Under the pieces are notes generated by a model that did not search any database, was not told the DNA's origin, and worked only from the letters and a program-made list of their open reading frames with translations. From NCBI GenBank assembly GCA_012295275.1, contig CM022672.1, positions 28,272,001-28,336,000 on the forward strand: a DNA stretch of 64,000 nt. Reading direction: 5' to 3'. Each line of letters begins with the position of its first letter. Position 1 is the first letter of the stretch. Below are positions 1 to 13,703 of this stretch, piece after piece. Source of the DNA: Chrysomallon squamiferum (Eukaryota; Animalia; Mollusca). The position numbers and the translations under genes are program-made.

Positions 1-455
1 TAGTGATCGTGTCCGATGATTTTCAGTATTTTATTAATAACACTACAGCTCGGTAATACAGTAGTTAATTAGTAAAGAAACCATGCTGTGAAAAGTTCTC
101 CCTGTTGATTTAATAATATATACATTATTGAGAGGCCACCTACTGTTTCAAACTCAAGAAGCCACATACTCAAATTAATTTATGAAGGTACCATTAACTT
201 GTCTGATATTGGAAACAAGAAGCTTTGAAAAAGGAAACAAATAAATGAAAATACATTTTCCATTTATTATTTTGTATTAACATTTTCCTTTTATTATTTT
301 GTATTAACATTTTAATAGCATTATGAAATGACAGTCCCCATTTACTTATTACTTCTATATGAGGTGACCTTTTGACCTTGTGAGCAGGGGACGTTCTGAC
401 TAGTTAACACAATGGACTATCTGTACGTTTTATAATTAGACAAACACTGCAATGA

Positions 456-496
<41 letters not shown>

Positions 497-904
497 GTAC
501 CTGTATCTACATGCGTCCATATATGTGTTTAGATTTAAGTGTTTCGCTAATATTTTTTTCTTTATGATTTCATACTGAGAGTTAATATTATACTTATCAC
601 AATTTGTGCATTCATCTTTTATATGTTGCTGTTGGACCCTACAGTTTCCACCATATACATTTTCTTATTTATTGAGCATTATATTTAATCCATTCACAAT
701 TAACATCGACATACTCAGTGCAGATTATTACTGAGTTGTTCATGTGTAGTTCCTAATTCCCAAGCACAAAAATAAATACGTATATATAATAGAAAAATCT
801 ACGATCAAACATAATGCGCCTCTAAAATACTTATTGAAGTACGTGACGCGTCACGTTAATAACAGCACACAGAACTATAAAACAGTGCATATCAGTTCAA
901 CAGT

Positions 905-908
<4 letters not shown>

Positions 909-973
<65 letters not shown>

Positions 974-990
974 ACACACACACACACACA
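909..990. repeat. (CT)n followed by (CA)n microsatellite
   Basis: Directly visible; produces the spurious SLSL... ORF 834..1112. Confidence 0.95.
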
Positions 991-1182
991 TTATCTTAAG
1001 ACATTCATTTTGTCTAATTTATTGTTTATGTCTATGGATGACGCCTTTTGAAGTTATTTCTTCTGATTTACTCGATACGATTCCAAAAGTAAACAATCAT
1101 CATAATAAATAAATAAATAAATAAATAAATAAAATAAATAAATAAATAAAATAAAATAAAATAATTTTATAAACCCCAATAA

Positions 1183-1217
<35 letters not shown>

Positions 1218-1707
1218 AAACAGAAAGAAAGAAAAAGGAAAGGTCAAAATAAAATATTTCATTAAATTAGCGATAATAAGTTTTAAAACTTTTCAAAATA
1301 AACATTATCAGCCTAAGACAAATGATTAGGTAATGCCGTCAGTGTCTAAATTATAAACGTTTAAACTGGTTAAATGCTTTCAAATTAGTCATGTTAGTGT
1401 CACGCTGATACCTTTGTCAGGAAACGGCGTAGGATTGGCTCTGTGTTGTGTCTCACTGATTTCAAAAGTGGGTAGTTCTATTTTTAGTTAATTGAAAAAG
1501 TAAATATTAATTACAGTGAAATGTTTATGTATGTTTATTTGCTTTATTAAAAAATCAAATGACAACACATATAACAAAAATGTTACAATTCTAATATATA
1601 TCTAGCCTAGGAAAACTTATTAGACACAATTAAAAGATCATAAACCATATACATGATAATTTGAATAAAAATTCCCAAAACTATATATATATATTATTTT
1701 TGAATCC

Positions 1708-1708
<1 letters not shown>

Positions 1709-1769
<61 letters not shown>
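1709..1769. repeat. (AAT)n microsatellite
   Basis: Directly visible; many similar AAT/TAAA/TA tracts occur throughout the window. Confidence 0.95.
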
Positions 1770-1771
<2 letters not shown>

Positions 1772-1968
1772 TAACAGCAACAACAACTACTGGCATTTGT
1801 CATCCATGTTACAATTTGTTAATATATTTGTATTATATTTCTATAGAATATATATTTGTTTTAAAACCCCATCGTGCAAGCACAAAAATTCACATTAACG
1901 CTTTAACATTTATTTCTATTTTTAAACCTTTAACTTCAACCAGTTAAAATGTATCCAAACTAAACACG

Positions 1969-2004
<36 letters not shown>

Positions 2005-2271
2005 AAAAATAAATAAATATTTGTTGTTAAAATGTAAATTTAGCTTATTTATAGTGCTCATAATAATAATAATACAAATAATGTGTTATTATACTGAACA
2101 TTGTACTCTAATAGCAAATTGTCACCTGTAATCGACAACAGTCTTGAAACAAATTAATTATCTTTTTTCATTATGTTTACGTTTTCATGCATGGCATATA
2201 ACCGCAACAACGAAACAGAATGCGCAGTAGAAATCAACACAATTAAAAAAAAAAAGAAATATCAAACTTAC

Positions 2272-2290
2272 CGTTGGTTACTTTTGACAT
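2272..2290 (-). CDS. Putative first coding exon (MSKVTN...) of an unidentified gene continuing beyond the left edge
   Basis: Minus strand reads gcaccATG TCA AAA GTA ACC AAC G|gtaagt, i.e. a Kozak-like ATG and a perfect donor. A CpG-richer upstream stretch (2390-2530) has ACGTCA half-sites. No further exon was recognised. Confidence 0.4.
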
Positions 2291-2608
2291 GGTGCAAAGC
2301 TAAATAAAATAGATGTTTGTTGCAGTTATGTCTGAAGCCAAAAAAAAGAAGGCGGTTTCTAAATTCATGGAGCCAGTCTGATATGTTATAGGAAGGCCGG
2401 TCAGAACGCGTCTATAACGTCACATAGCAACATGACTGCTATGTACACAAGAGTTACGTCAAATCATTGTGACCCGTGAGCAGTATTAACTAGATTAACG
2501 AGATTATCTGGTTTCATGGCTGGTGCGAAGACAACTAAAAAAGGTCTTAGTGTTACAGTAATCTGATTTTTTGATAACATAACATTACATAAAGTTTTTT
2601 TCGTTTTA

Positions 2609-2662
<54 letters not shown>

Positions 2663-4468
2663 ATAAATACAAGAAGTATCAGTAGTGGAATAATATTAAT
2701 TATTTATCGACATAATGCTTAAAAATAATTTTGATTTGACTATGGATGGGTAATGTAATCCTCTCTTTTACAGTGTTTCGTTGACATCTGACTGGGATTT
2801 AAAATCCTAAGACTGCTGTGAGGGGATACATACGTAAGTTCCTTATAAAAATGTTCACTCTCGATATTCTGTTTTACTTTTCTTACGTAATATCTCAACA
2901 GATTTTAATAGGTTATGCACGTTTCCATGAACTGATTATCTTTGTTACATGTTCAAACAAAATCAATGAATATCGACAACGAAGATGCAAACCGGAACTA
3001 TCTGTGATCTGTACTAAACAGGGGTGATGACGTCACAGTAATATGACATCATCAAGAAGAAGTAAAAAGAGCCCTTAAGAAAAGAAGAAAATAAAAATAA
3101 GGACAAAGAATAATAAACCAACAAAATTTCCACATATACCAAATTGCAAGGACTATGTACATTTTGGTTTACTAACAACTAATCCCAGCTATATAGTACT
3201 GAGCTTTCTGTATTAATTAGTATACATACATTTGTTTATACTGTATGTCCGGCAAACATTTAAACCGGCAAATCTTGGAATTAAGTTTTATTTTATTTTA
3301 TTTTATTTTATTTTATTTTATTTATTTAATAATTTGTTATTTTATTTATTTATTGATTATTATTACTACCACTACTATTATCATCATTACTGGAACTTAA
3401 TATTTCAAAGAAAGAAGTGAACACGAGTTTCAATTAATGTTTAGATACAAGTATATCTTATACAAATAATGTTTTATATATATATATATATATATATGTA
3501 TATGTATATACTATAGTATAGAACAGAATAGCATAGCAAAGCATAATACAATCCAGTAAACTAAAGTAAAGTACACTAGAGAAGAGTACAGTAGAATGAA
3601 GTAGATTATTCATGTAAAAAAATCTTAGACATATGTTTACAAGATAAACATATAGCAGTTGGTTGGAATACAATGTAGTAAAGCATTAAACGATATTACA
3701 TTTTAAATACTAATAATAGTGTTGGCAGAAGCCAGTCTTCAAGCACATATTCTTTAAATGCAATATTTCAATGCATGTAAACAAGTTTATATATAATTAA
3801 TTATAAACTATGACATTCGAGATGATCAATAAAGAATAATTTGAAGTATAATAAAAATAATTAAATGTAATTTTATCAGTACGATAGTATCACTACTTAA
3901 AGTTTCTGCAAGATCTAGTCTTTCAGATTCTTCTTCCCGGAAATAAACTCTATGCCTAACCTTTTTAGCCAGGATTTCGTTATGAAGTTATGAATAAATA
4001 ACAGTTCACTATGTTAGCGACAGTCTTATCAATACAGCTGCAAAAATTTCAAGATTTTTTATATTTGGTCGTATCTAAATATGGAGATGTTAACGAACAT
4101 CAAAAACAAACGTAAGATTACGTCACAAAACAATATCGTAAAAACAGAATACCTAAATAGCAAGACAATAAAACAATATCGTCACTGTGATATTCCTTTA
4201 TGGCATTATCAAAGAACTGTTTTCATATCGTATTACTTACAAACCATCCACTGCCTCTAAGAATTCTTACACGAGTTTTAGCTTTATAGAGACAGCATAA
4301 ATAATAAATTATTTATATACATACAACATTAAAATTAATTATATATTTTCAAAATGTTTACATAATATTTCGTAAAAAAAAATTAAGACCTTCAATCTAA
4401 AAAATCTATAATTAATAACTGGTCAATGATCTGCATAGGCTATTGTTTGTTAGCTATTCCATTAAGTC

Positions 4469-5970
4469 TTAATTTGTTTTTATTTTTGTCGATTTCCGTA
4501 CAAAGCTGATGATTTTCTTACAAAATGTCCAGATTATATAGACACAAATTAACACTGCTGAATATATAAAGAACCAAATATCCGCGTACAGATGCTCAAC
4601 AGTCGTTAGATGTTTTGACGGCGGAGTCAGGTGGTCACTGCCGTATTTTAAGACATGTTCTATGGCGCTAGCAGCTCTTTGAGCAGGTGTGTCTGGTCTG
4701 TCGCGAAATATCTCAGAAAGTCTTTTTATATTTTTACTGTACGTGTTATTATGTATGCCTTTATGAATTGCATCTGATATCTCCTTTTGTGATGCAGTTT
4801 CAAAGTTCAGTAAAATGCCATATGAGAGTTCTTTCATTCTCTTGGCATTCCATGGCTGGTCAGCTCCTCTAGGTGAACATATTATTGGCACAGCATGAAA
4901 AATACTTTCAAATATTCCAATCTTTCCACAGTGTGTAATAAATAATTTCGTTTTAGGATGTCCGAGAATATCATTTTGTGAAAACCATTTTGAAAATTTT
5001 ATATTTCCATCTTCATATTCAGAATCTGACTTCATTAGCACATTGTATTCCTGTTCATGTAAAGCATTCAAGAGATTATTCATCATGGATTTTGGTGCAA
5101 ATTTTAATGGTGCAGCTGTACCGAAGGAAAGAAATATTACATCTCTGGACGAGCGTGCGATAAATTCTTCGAGAGATTTATTAAGTGGCTTGGGTGACCT
5201 TGCTGTTACACCGCCAACTCTTATAAAGTTTGGGAAGATTGCCTTAGGATTATCGAAAACATGGTCAGAGTTTTCTATGAACAAAAGCGATCTGTGTACT
5301 AATTTGTCCATGTCCATTCCGGAGAATCTCGGATCCAACTGAGACATATCTGGACTTATATAGCTAACACATAATTGAAACATCACACTGCTAAAAAAAT
5401 TGGATAGTCTTTGAAAAGCGTTCATTTTACCTATGTGTGCTCCAGTTGTGTGGGACACGGAGTTGGTCTGGAGAGGTGTTCCGCTCTGAAATCCTGCAAT
5501 GTAGGAACTAGCAGCAATTGTAGATATATTTAGATGGTATGGAAGACAAAACAAGCACTGGCTGAAAGGAAGCGCCAAAACTATAGCCACATCAAACTTT
5601 TGCCTAGCCAAATACTGTATCTGCTTTGTGTCTGAGATTAGACCCAAACACATACCCTTTATCATATTTTTCAAATTTACGAGACGTTCGAACGTGCCTA
5701 TTCGCTGTCCATTCCGTTTTGAAACATGATTCTGTACTCCTCGGGAAAATTATATGTAATAATTCTTACTGGTGAATTCTTTAATATATTGGTGTTATGA
5801 TAACTGGGGAGGTAAATAAATACTTGGTGACCTCTGTTGGCCATCTCTTCACCAGTACCAAGTAATTCAATGGCATGACTAGATAGCGCAGTGGGGAGTA
5901 GTAAGATTTTTGCCGAATAGGCTGCGCCTATGCTTGCGAAAACAGTTAAATGGAAAATGAATAATGACAT
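4469..5970 (-). pseudogene. UDP-glycosyltransferase (GT1/UGT family), intronless CDS, frameshifted (ORFs 5698..5970 and 4469..5674)
   Basis: Signal peptide, catalytic His (SSHAIEL), UGT signature WFSQNDILGHPKTKLFITHCG...PRGADQ, C-terminal TM and KxKxx ER-retention tail (KIKTN). The frame changes near 5700 and the locus is 25 nt shorter there than the paralog at 18808. Acceptor tttcag lies just upstream of the ATG and a donor AG|GTCAGT near 6646 suggests a 5' UTR exon. A null allele or assembly error is also possible. Confidence 0.85.
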
Positions 5971-5990
5971 TCTGCAACGATCTGAAATTA

Positions 5991-6025
<35 letters not shown>

Positions 6026-7695
6026 ATGACAATCTGTCATATACATAAATGCTTTATTATTATTATCATTATTGCTGCTGCTGCTGCTATTGTTAAAAGT
6101 GCATCAAATGGAACTTCTACAAAAGGAGCTCTGTTAATCTTTATGATTATAGGCAAACCCATATGACTTTTTTTAAGGTGTTCACGTACAATACTGTTCG
6201 TATTAGCATATGACAAGCAAGGACTATTGTCCATTTCTAATATAAAAAACGTATTTGCGGAAATTTATGTTTTACGGATAAGCTAATTACAGTGAGTTTA
6301 TTATATGAAATGACTGCTACATTTAACGTTACCGTTATACTATCCATTAAAAAATGTGGACACGTGGTATGAAATTTAGTTATCATAGTTTAACAGTTAT
6401 TTTTACTCTGCTTTATTAACAATAACAATATAAAATGAAAATTAGGGACCAGCCTTTCCGAACCGATGCATAACAACAGAATGTTTTGTGTAGTTACATC
6501 ATCTAAATTCTCAACACTTCTGTGCCATACAAAAGGAACAAATATATGTAAAATAAAACTGATTTAGGAAAATTAGTCCAGGGTCAGAAGTCTGAAAATA
6601 AAGAAAGTATATTTACATAAAAATACAATGAACGATGAAAACTGACCTTCGAATTAGGACCTGTCTTCGTCAACAACTGATACAGAGCTCATACACCTCT
6701 TCAAAATGATCGTCAACAACTGAAGCTGTTTAAACCCACTAAACATATCGCTGTCAGTAATATTATGCATGGCTGCCTGTCCATGTAAAGTATAGTAATC
6801 CGACCAATGAAATAAAGACTAGTTCATACTGTCTTTGCATACAAATATTTTGTTTAGTCTTGAGAGAGATTTCGTCAGCTTGGGAAACCTTAACAATTTT
6901 ATTTGTTTTATTGTTGTTATTGTTGTGTAATTATTTCTTGACATTTTATTCTAACGAATATTTTTATTTGACATAAATAAAATAAAAAATTAAAATTAAA
7001 AAATATCCCCCCTCAACAATTCAGAAAACATTCATTTAAAATAATAAATATCATCACTTAAATATTTATTTATTTATTTTTATTTTACTATTTTTCAGAT
7101 GTAACTGAGTTTATCTATGAATCTTTTGTAGACATATATAAATACTGTGTTCTGACGTGAAGGTAATAGATACGATACAGAAAATATTTCAGTCTCTCTC
7201 TTTTGTTTCTTCTTTTTTTTTTTCTTTTTTTTTTTATCGTCTTTTCAGAAACATTTATAAGTGACCATTATGACCTAGACAGACATGTACTAATTTTATA
7301 TGAACAAAAAATCTTTTTTTTCAAATTGTAATTCTTGCGCATGATGTCGTAACTATTTTCATTTTATCATAAGCAGAACGTTCTGTTTTTCTAAAATATT
7401 AAGTTTAAAATAAATAAAACAACAGCAAAGAGACGTGTATATCATAGATGGGTGAGCATTTTCTTTTTTTAATAACAAAACACATCCATAATTTAAAAAA
7501 AGATAAGGTACAGGTAACGGTTATCTCCCATCTGTTACACAGTCACCTTAAGTGACTAATTAAGCAAACCCATTTATATTAGAGGAACAGTCGCCGGCTG
7601 AACTTGGCTGAACACATTTGTGTACTCTTATGTTCTGTAACAGAAATATATATCCAAGTGTTACATATATTGTTCATATATACTAGATTATAATA

Positions 7696-8568
7696 TACTC
7701 TCCCAAAAAAGAAACGCAAAACGGTTGATTTCTTAGATAACTATTGTAAACTGACAAATATCGATGAATATAATGACATTTGGTGATTCAAATGTATAGC
7801 TTTTGTTATAGTCGCCACAAAGCAGGTAATACAAAATAAAGACTTTGATCGTGTTTATTAGCCAAAACGTCCCCGCATGCAAATCACGTTACCAGTGCAT
7901 GTGCGGCACATGAAACTTGAATACGAGGGTTATAAAAATGCAAGGTTTTCGAATACTTCTGTTCGTTATTTTTGTTCTGACCCAACATCAAACAAATGCC
8001 ACGACTGAGTGAACCGCAACAAAACAACGCCATCGGCCGTTTACAAGCTGGCGAATCCTTTTAGGCCGTTGCTCGGGTGTTCCATGTATCCCCCAAGCAC
8101 CATCTTGAGATTGTGGCATCGGTTCCAGCAACACCAAACAACACGTGACCGTCCTAGATCAGGTAGACCACGGCAACCTCTACTGCTTCAGCAATAACAG
8201 GTCTGCGTAGAATATCGGCTCAGACAGTGCGCAATCGTTTACGCGAGGCATATATTCGAGCCAGACGGCCTGTAAGAAGAGTGGTTTTTGCCGCAACAAC
8301 ATCGTTGACTACGACGTCAGTGGTGAGAAATGCACAGAGTCTGGCCTCAATTACGATGGAGAACTGTCTGGTTTAGTGGGCACACACGGTATTGATATTA
8401 TACTGTTATAACCTTGAACTTTAACCTTTTTAATGTAATATCATCAATATTAATGAATTACGAAAGTGTGTGTAAAATGTGTATATTCTGCTGCTTTCTG
8501 TTGATCCATTAGATAGATATTCCCAATGTCAATGAAATCTACTTTTGCGTTTCTTTTTTGTTAGAGTA
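7696..8568 (+). mobile_element. Internally deleted Tc1-like DNA transposon
   Basis: TIRs tactctcccaaaaaagaaacgcaaaa and ttttgcgtttcttttttgttagagta, flanked by TA. Decayed transposase N-terminus from 7996 (MPRLSEPQQNNAIGRLQAGES*AVARVFHVSP/STILRLWHRFQQHQTTRDRPRSGRPR). The DDE core is deleted. Confidence 0.9.
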
Positions 8569-8844
8569 TATATAATTCATATTCTTGTGATATGTGACTG
8601 AAATTACAATAAACAGATGTGATTATATATTTCTGATCTTGTTTCTTAATTGTCAGTAGGGGTTTGCTGAATTATTCCATAAGCTGACTGAGTAACAACT
8701 GGAAAGATCAACTGATTATTGCATGCTAGTAGAAAACATATGATTAGTCGTTCACTCGGCCATGACATATGTTGTATAAGGTGTGTGTCAAATTGCATGT
8801 GTAATAGATGGGAGGATACACATGTAACAAATTCCTTGGTGTTA

Positions 8845-9518
8845 ATTATTCTTTGAGGTGAGTGTGCTTGAATTCGTCCAGTGATTCATCTATTGGCTTT
8901 GGTGGTCTTGCTTTTATACCGCCAGCATGAATAAAGTTAGGAATTTGCTTTAGTGAGATCAGTCTATGGTTAGCGTTTTGTAAGAAGAGTAACAACTGCT
9001 GTACTTATTTATCCATACCGATACTGGAGAAGGTTTTATCAACTAGGAACATGAACAAAAATAGATAGATTAATGAACAAATCAACAAAAAACAAAACAA
9101 ATTCCATAAGTCTTTCAAAGGAATTAATATTATCTGAAGCGACATGAGCATCGGATATATGCCGTTCTGTAAAGACATGCCACTCTGGGTTGGTAAGATA
9201 AATGAACTTGCAGCTGGTATAGAAATGTTCAGATATTAAGGAAGACAATCTCATGTGACGCATACTGTCAAAAATACACACCTCTCAGATCCAGCTTCCC
9301 ATATGAATGATATTTTTACACCATCCTTTAAAACATTCTTTTATCGTCAGGAACTTTGTAAGGATGAATATTTTAGGACATAAAATGAAGGAAGAAGACA
9401 CAAAAATACCTTGTGGCGTCTTCTGGCCATCTCTTCTCCAGTTCTCAATACTTCTTCACGTGACTCTTCGTAACAGTAGTAATTTTATGCGATTGTATGT
9501 CATTTGTTCATCGGACAT
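8845..9518 (-). pseudogene. Third UGT copy: decayed N-terminal half
   Basis: Minus-strand translation across frameshifts gives IKLLLL..KSHV/EVLRTGEEMARRRHKVF, P*YLNISIPAASSFILPTQSGMSLQNGIYP and PNFIHAGGIKARPPKPIDESLDEF. Each block is collinear with the UGT at 18808-20337. Stops, indels and 3' truncation are present. Confidence 0.88.
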
Positions 9519-9829
9519 TTGCACACTCGACAGTTGTTCGCCCCAGAAGTTAAAAAAGGCTATTTCTTTTCTTTTTTGGGGTGGGAGCGGGGGTTTTGTT
9601 GCTGTTGTTGTTTTCACTGAAATATACGTGTTTAAATTAAAACTATTTTCATATACAAGTTTTTTTTATCAGAACACATCATGAAATAATTGCAATCAAG
9701 ACACATAATTCTCCAAGATCACAAGATTCGTTGATTTCTACTCAGTTTGACACTGTTGTTAAAATAAATTAAAAATTCGATATTGCGATTATTAACTAAT
9801 GGAAGTTAATGTTAATGTCTCACAAAGCT

Positions 9830-10320
9830 CATAAAATCATTTGATATGTGCTCCACGCGATTAACTCCCATCCAAGTAACGAAAAAATGAGGTCTTCTGA
9901 TGGATAATCCGGAAATATGAAAGCGTCACCTGCCGCAAAAGAAAGGATGAGCCCTGCCAAAGTAACCAGACTCATTGCCTGAACTCGCCATCGCGTGGAC
10001 GACAACCACTGGAGACAATCTGCATCGTTTACAGCCACTCTCGGGTTATCATATTTGCCACACAGACGAAATCTTGTTACTGCCCAAGCATGGCATATGG
10101 ATAGGACATTCTCCATTCTTTTCGCATTTTCGCTCAGTACTACTCCACACATCTACCACTTGGAAAAACTGATGTCAAAAAAGGGAAGAACTTTGATGCT
10201 TATTAAAAACTTCTTCGTTCTTTCTTTACTGGATTTGAGGACCTTGAGTTCTCTGGATCGCAGGACAAGAGCATGGCAAAGTTATATAAGCTCCGACTTC
10301 CATTTCACGACTGCTGTTTA
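9830..10320 (+). mobile_element. MULE (Mutator-like) transposase remnant
   Basis: Across frameshifts: RVIIFAT / NLVTAQAWHMDRTFS / RIFAQYYSTHLPLGKTDV...YxKLLRSF / YISSDFH. This matches the MULE pattern RILIFAT..W.MDGTF..F.QLYTIH...DFE. Confidence 0.7.
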
Positions 10321-11659
10321 ACATGACAGTAATATTTAAACAGAATAAGGTGGACATTGAATTCCAATTTTTTTTTTTTTTATTACAGTTGTTATGTTAA
10401 GCTTATATATATTTTTATATTAATAAATATTATTTAATTATTTATGTCATTCGATTACGTTATCGGCCATCTTCAGTAATTACATTTCCTGGTCTGGACA
10501 TTTACTTTAAGTAGAGAAACGTATTGTTTACGGATAACCGCCTATTTCCTCTCCTGTTTAATCATTATCAAGTCATAAGCTAGAGAACAAATTGAACTAT
10601 AAATTAAAAATGTGTTGATGTTATCTCAAACTACTTCCTCATACGCAACGATTTGGTGTACATGTTCTGTAGTTAAAACTTCGCATTCATTTATTTCTCC
10701 TGCAGTTGTAAGGAATAACAACGACAACAATAATACTAACAGTTTGAAAATATAATATCTGTCTAAACCATGAAATCATTTCTGTTAATTCTTTGGCGAT
10801 AGGATGCATTTACACGCTTATTTTCAGATTATCTGTATCATAAAATAAAGTTTAACTATTGTTAGTGAAACGCTAACTATAAAGTAAGTAAACAGACCTG
10901 ATTAAGTGTTGCACTCTTAGTCAGTTACGTCATTCGACAGTCATTCCTAAGTTCAAGTGATTCAAGGACAAACACAAAGTGATTATAAACTATTATTAAT
11001 AACTACTATCCACCTGTTCCATTTCGTTCAACTCACTATAACCACGTCCAAAATATAACTTATAAAAGACACGTTGAACATGAACGTTCGACCTTTCTAA
11101 TATACCCTAGATAAAAAATGGTTTGGTCCATGAATAAATAAGGACAAAGGACGCGCGTAATAGGTCACCTGATACAAATTTCGTTTCAGGAAAAAAATTA
11201 AAATAAAGGTTTTGTATAATTTTTATTTATTATTATTATTATTTTTTTTGAACTTATCTTTTCAGCTTTGAATACACGGAATACAAAACTAAACCCGAAT
11301 ATATCATATCGGCTGATTTAAAATTTAAAATCACCTGTAAATATGCTGTTTAAAGATTTCTACTTTATTATTATTATTATTATATTTTTTTTTTTTTTTT
11401 TGTTAATTTAATTTAATTTTATTATATTTTATTTTGTTTTGTTGATTTCTTCCTCAGTTCATTCTTTAAATTATTATTATTATTATTATTAGTAGTAGTA
11501 GTAGTAGTAGTAGTATTGATATTTTCTATGTGTATTTAACGTGTTTTAATAATACAAAGACAAACGAGAGAGAGACAGAGACAGAGAGACAGACAGACAG
11601 AGTGAGTGTTGTTTGGTGGTTGCATCCGGACAACAAATCGACGAACTTCATTACTGTTA

Positions 11660-11832
11660 AAGTAAAAAGCGGAAAGAAGAAACAAAACTGCACGCTCTTC
11701 ACGAGTAACCAGAACGCCGTTCTTTTCTCCCGCCGGACCAGCTGTCACAGAGGCGCGGCGCACTCGGGCACTGGTCAGAGATCATGACTGACACAGCTTG
11801 CTCTGATTGGCACACTAATTTTTTACTCACTC
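11660..11832. repeat. Dispersed repeat related to 60760-60985 (unclassified TE relic)
   Basis: Both loci share aaaagcggaaagaa..acaaaac and cagcttgctctgat..ttttt.actcactc in the same order. Confidence 0.6.
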
Positions 11833-12773
11833 ATCAGTCAAGGCATTATAAATAGCCAAATGATAAATAAATAAATAAATAACAATTATTTTAATATATG
11901 TTATAATATGAAGGGTATTTAATAACATTCTTTTGCCTATCCAAAGAAAGCGTCGTGTAACTCCTAAGAATCCACGATTTTTCTTACTTTTCTTTTTTTC
12001 ACTGTAAACTGTGTTGAAATGGCACCTTTATGTCCAGCTTCCTTTTGGCCTAATCGTCGTTTATCTTTCTTGTCAACATGTTTTGTAATAACAGCAGAGA
12101 TCTAAGCGCTAACCAGTGTCCTTTTTTTTATGATATATTATGTTACATGTTTTTATGTATTATATAATTATGTACAGAATTTAATTGTAATTCAGCAAAC
12201 ATTTGTTTTGTCCATATTAATAAAAGGAGACAAAACATTTTGAAATGACTTGTTAATCACCGCAAAATGTTAGCATTTATAAATTCACGCTAATAGATTT
12301 GTTTTTAAATACCATCTGGAGGTCAGTTTGTTTTTCAAAGTCATGGTCGGGAGGAATTACACATTTTTGTCTGGAGTAATTTCTGCTATAGCGCTTGTAA
12401 GTAGGTGCGCTACACCACACTTTATACGCTCATTGCTAAATTTAGTAACGCGCAATCACATGGTCAATTTTCGGACAAACAACTCGGCTCCCAAAGTGAA
12501 ACACAACTGCCATTACCATTCACGTATGTTAAATTTACTGAAAATGATATTCCTGATGCCTCTAAGACACAGTCGACTATTTTGTTTGCAAAGTTCTCGC
12601 GATAAACGGCGAATTAAACGTGATTTCAGGATCATATACATACCTATACAAAAAAAGAGTACAATATATTCTGTGAATCATGAAATTTTGCACGAATGTT
12701 GAATTATTAATAGTAATAATAATAATAATAATGAAATCCACACTTGTAACCTACGAAAGCTTTTTTAATTATT

Positions 12774-12806
<33 letters not shown>

Positions 12807-12829
12807 GGCGTTGTTATAGAACAGAGGAA

Positions 12830-13230
12830 TGACGTGATGAGCTAGAATGTCAGCGCGGTAGCATTTAAATTTCCTTTAGTGACGACTAGTGGTGAACGAT
12901 AACCATAGGCAATGGCTGCCCACACCATGACAGAACCCCCAACCACTGAACAGTTTGCCCACTGATTCGGTTATGATGAAGCCCAGGTGTGTTAGCAGCA
13001 GCAGCAATTGCAGGCTGTAATCGATTGCGATAATGCGTGTTCATGATATAGCGGTCTTGAACACTCGTTGTAAGAAGCGGACGTCCACGACGTGGCAAGT
13101 CGTTGGCGCGAAGATTTCGTATCGCTCGACTAGAACTCCCAACATGCCTTGCAACGTCTTCTGTCGACATGCCAGCATCAAGCATGCCAATCGCCCGTTC
13201 GCATAAATTATTGGGTATTTTTGGGATACT
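12830..13230 (-). mobile_element. Tc1-like transposase fragment (internally deleted)
   Basis: ERAIGMLDAGMSTEDVARHVG...DLPRRGRP..TT..QDRYI...ISGQTV (paired-like HTH), joined in another frame to GGSVMVWAAIAYGYRSPLVV..GNLNA from the DDE domain. Confidence 0.85.
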
Positions 13231-13703
13231 AAAAATGCTAAAATGTAAAAAACGTTTTTTTTTTTTTTTTTTTTTTTTTTTTCCATTTTCATTATTGAGA
13301 ACAATGTCAGTGAGACAAGTAAAACAAACTGACCGATTAATAGTGCAAAAATAATCGATAAACTTCATGAATCCTGATATAACAGCTCAAGGCTAATACT
13401 GTCTGTATTTCATTACACAATGACATTTTTAACACAACAAATACTATGTGTACAAATCGGTATAGGCCTATATATATTTTTTGTGTGTTTGTTTGTCTGT
13501 TATTATTTAGTAGTAAACTTTATTCTTAATTTGTGTAATATGAGCCCTAGCTAAACAATAGTGCTTGTACAAATATAATAGGAAACAACACAACAAAATA
13601 ATGCAACAATTTTATGTATAAAATGACAACAGTATATTTCATAAAAAATCTACAGTAACAAATAAATGTGTTTTATATAACTAAATCCAGTTTGTTCTTT
13701 GAA

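Noticed and set aside
5675-5700. Programmed frameshift, stop read-through or micro-intron rescuing the UGT
   Set aside because: No slippery heptamer or usable GT-AG pair; comparison with both paralogs shows a simple 25-nt deletion.
9829-10152. Minus-strand ORF faintly resembling a myotubularin segment (WLSSTRW), and a plus-strand LRLPFHDC peroxidase-like word
   Set aside because: No continuing motifs (no CX5R, DPYYRT or GCDG); the region is better explained as a plus-strand MULE transposase relic.
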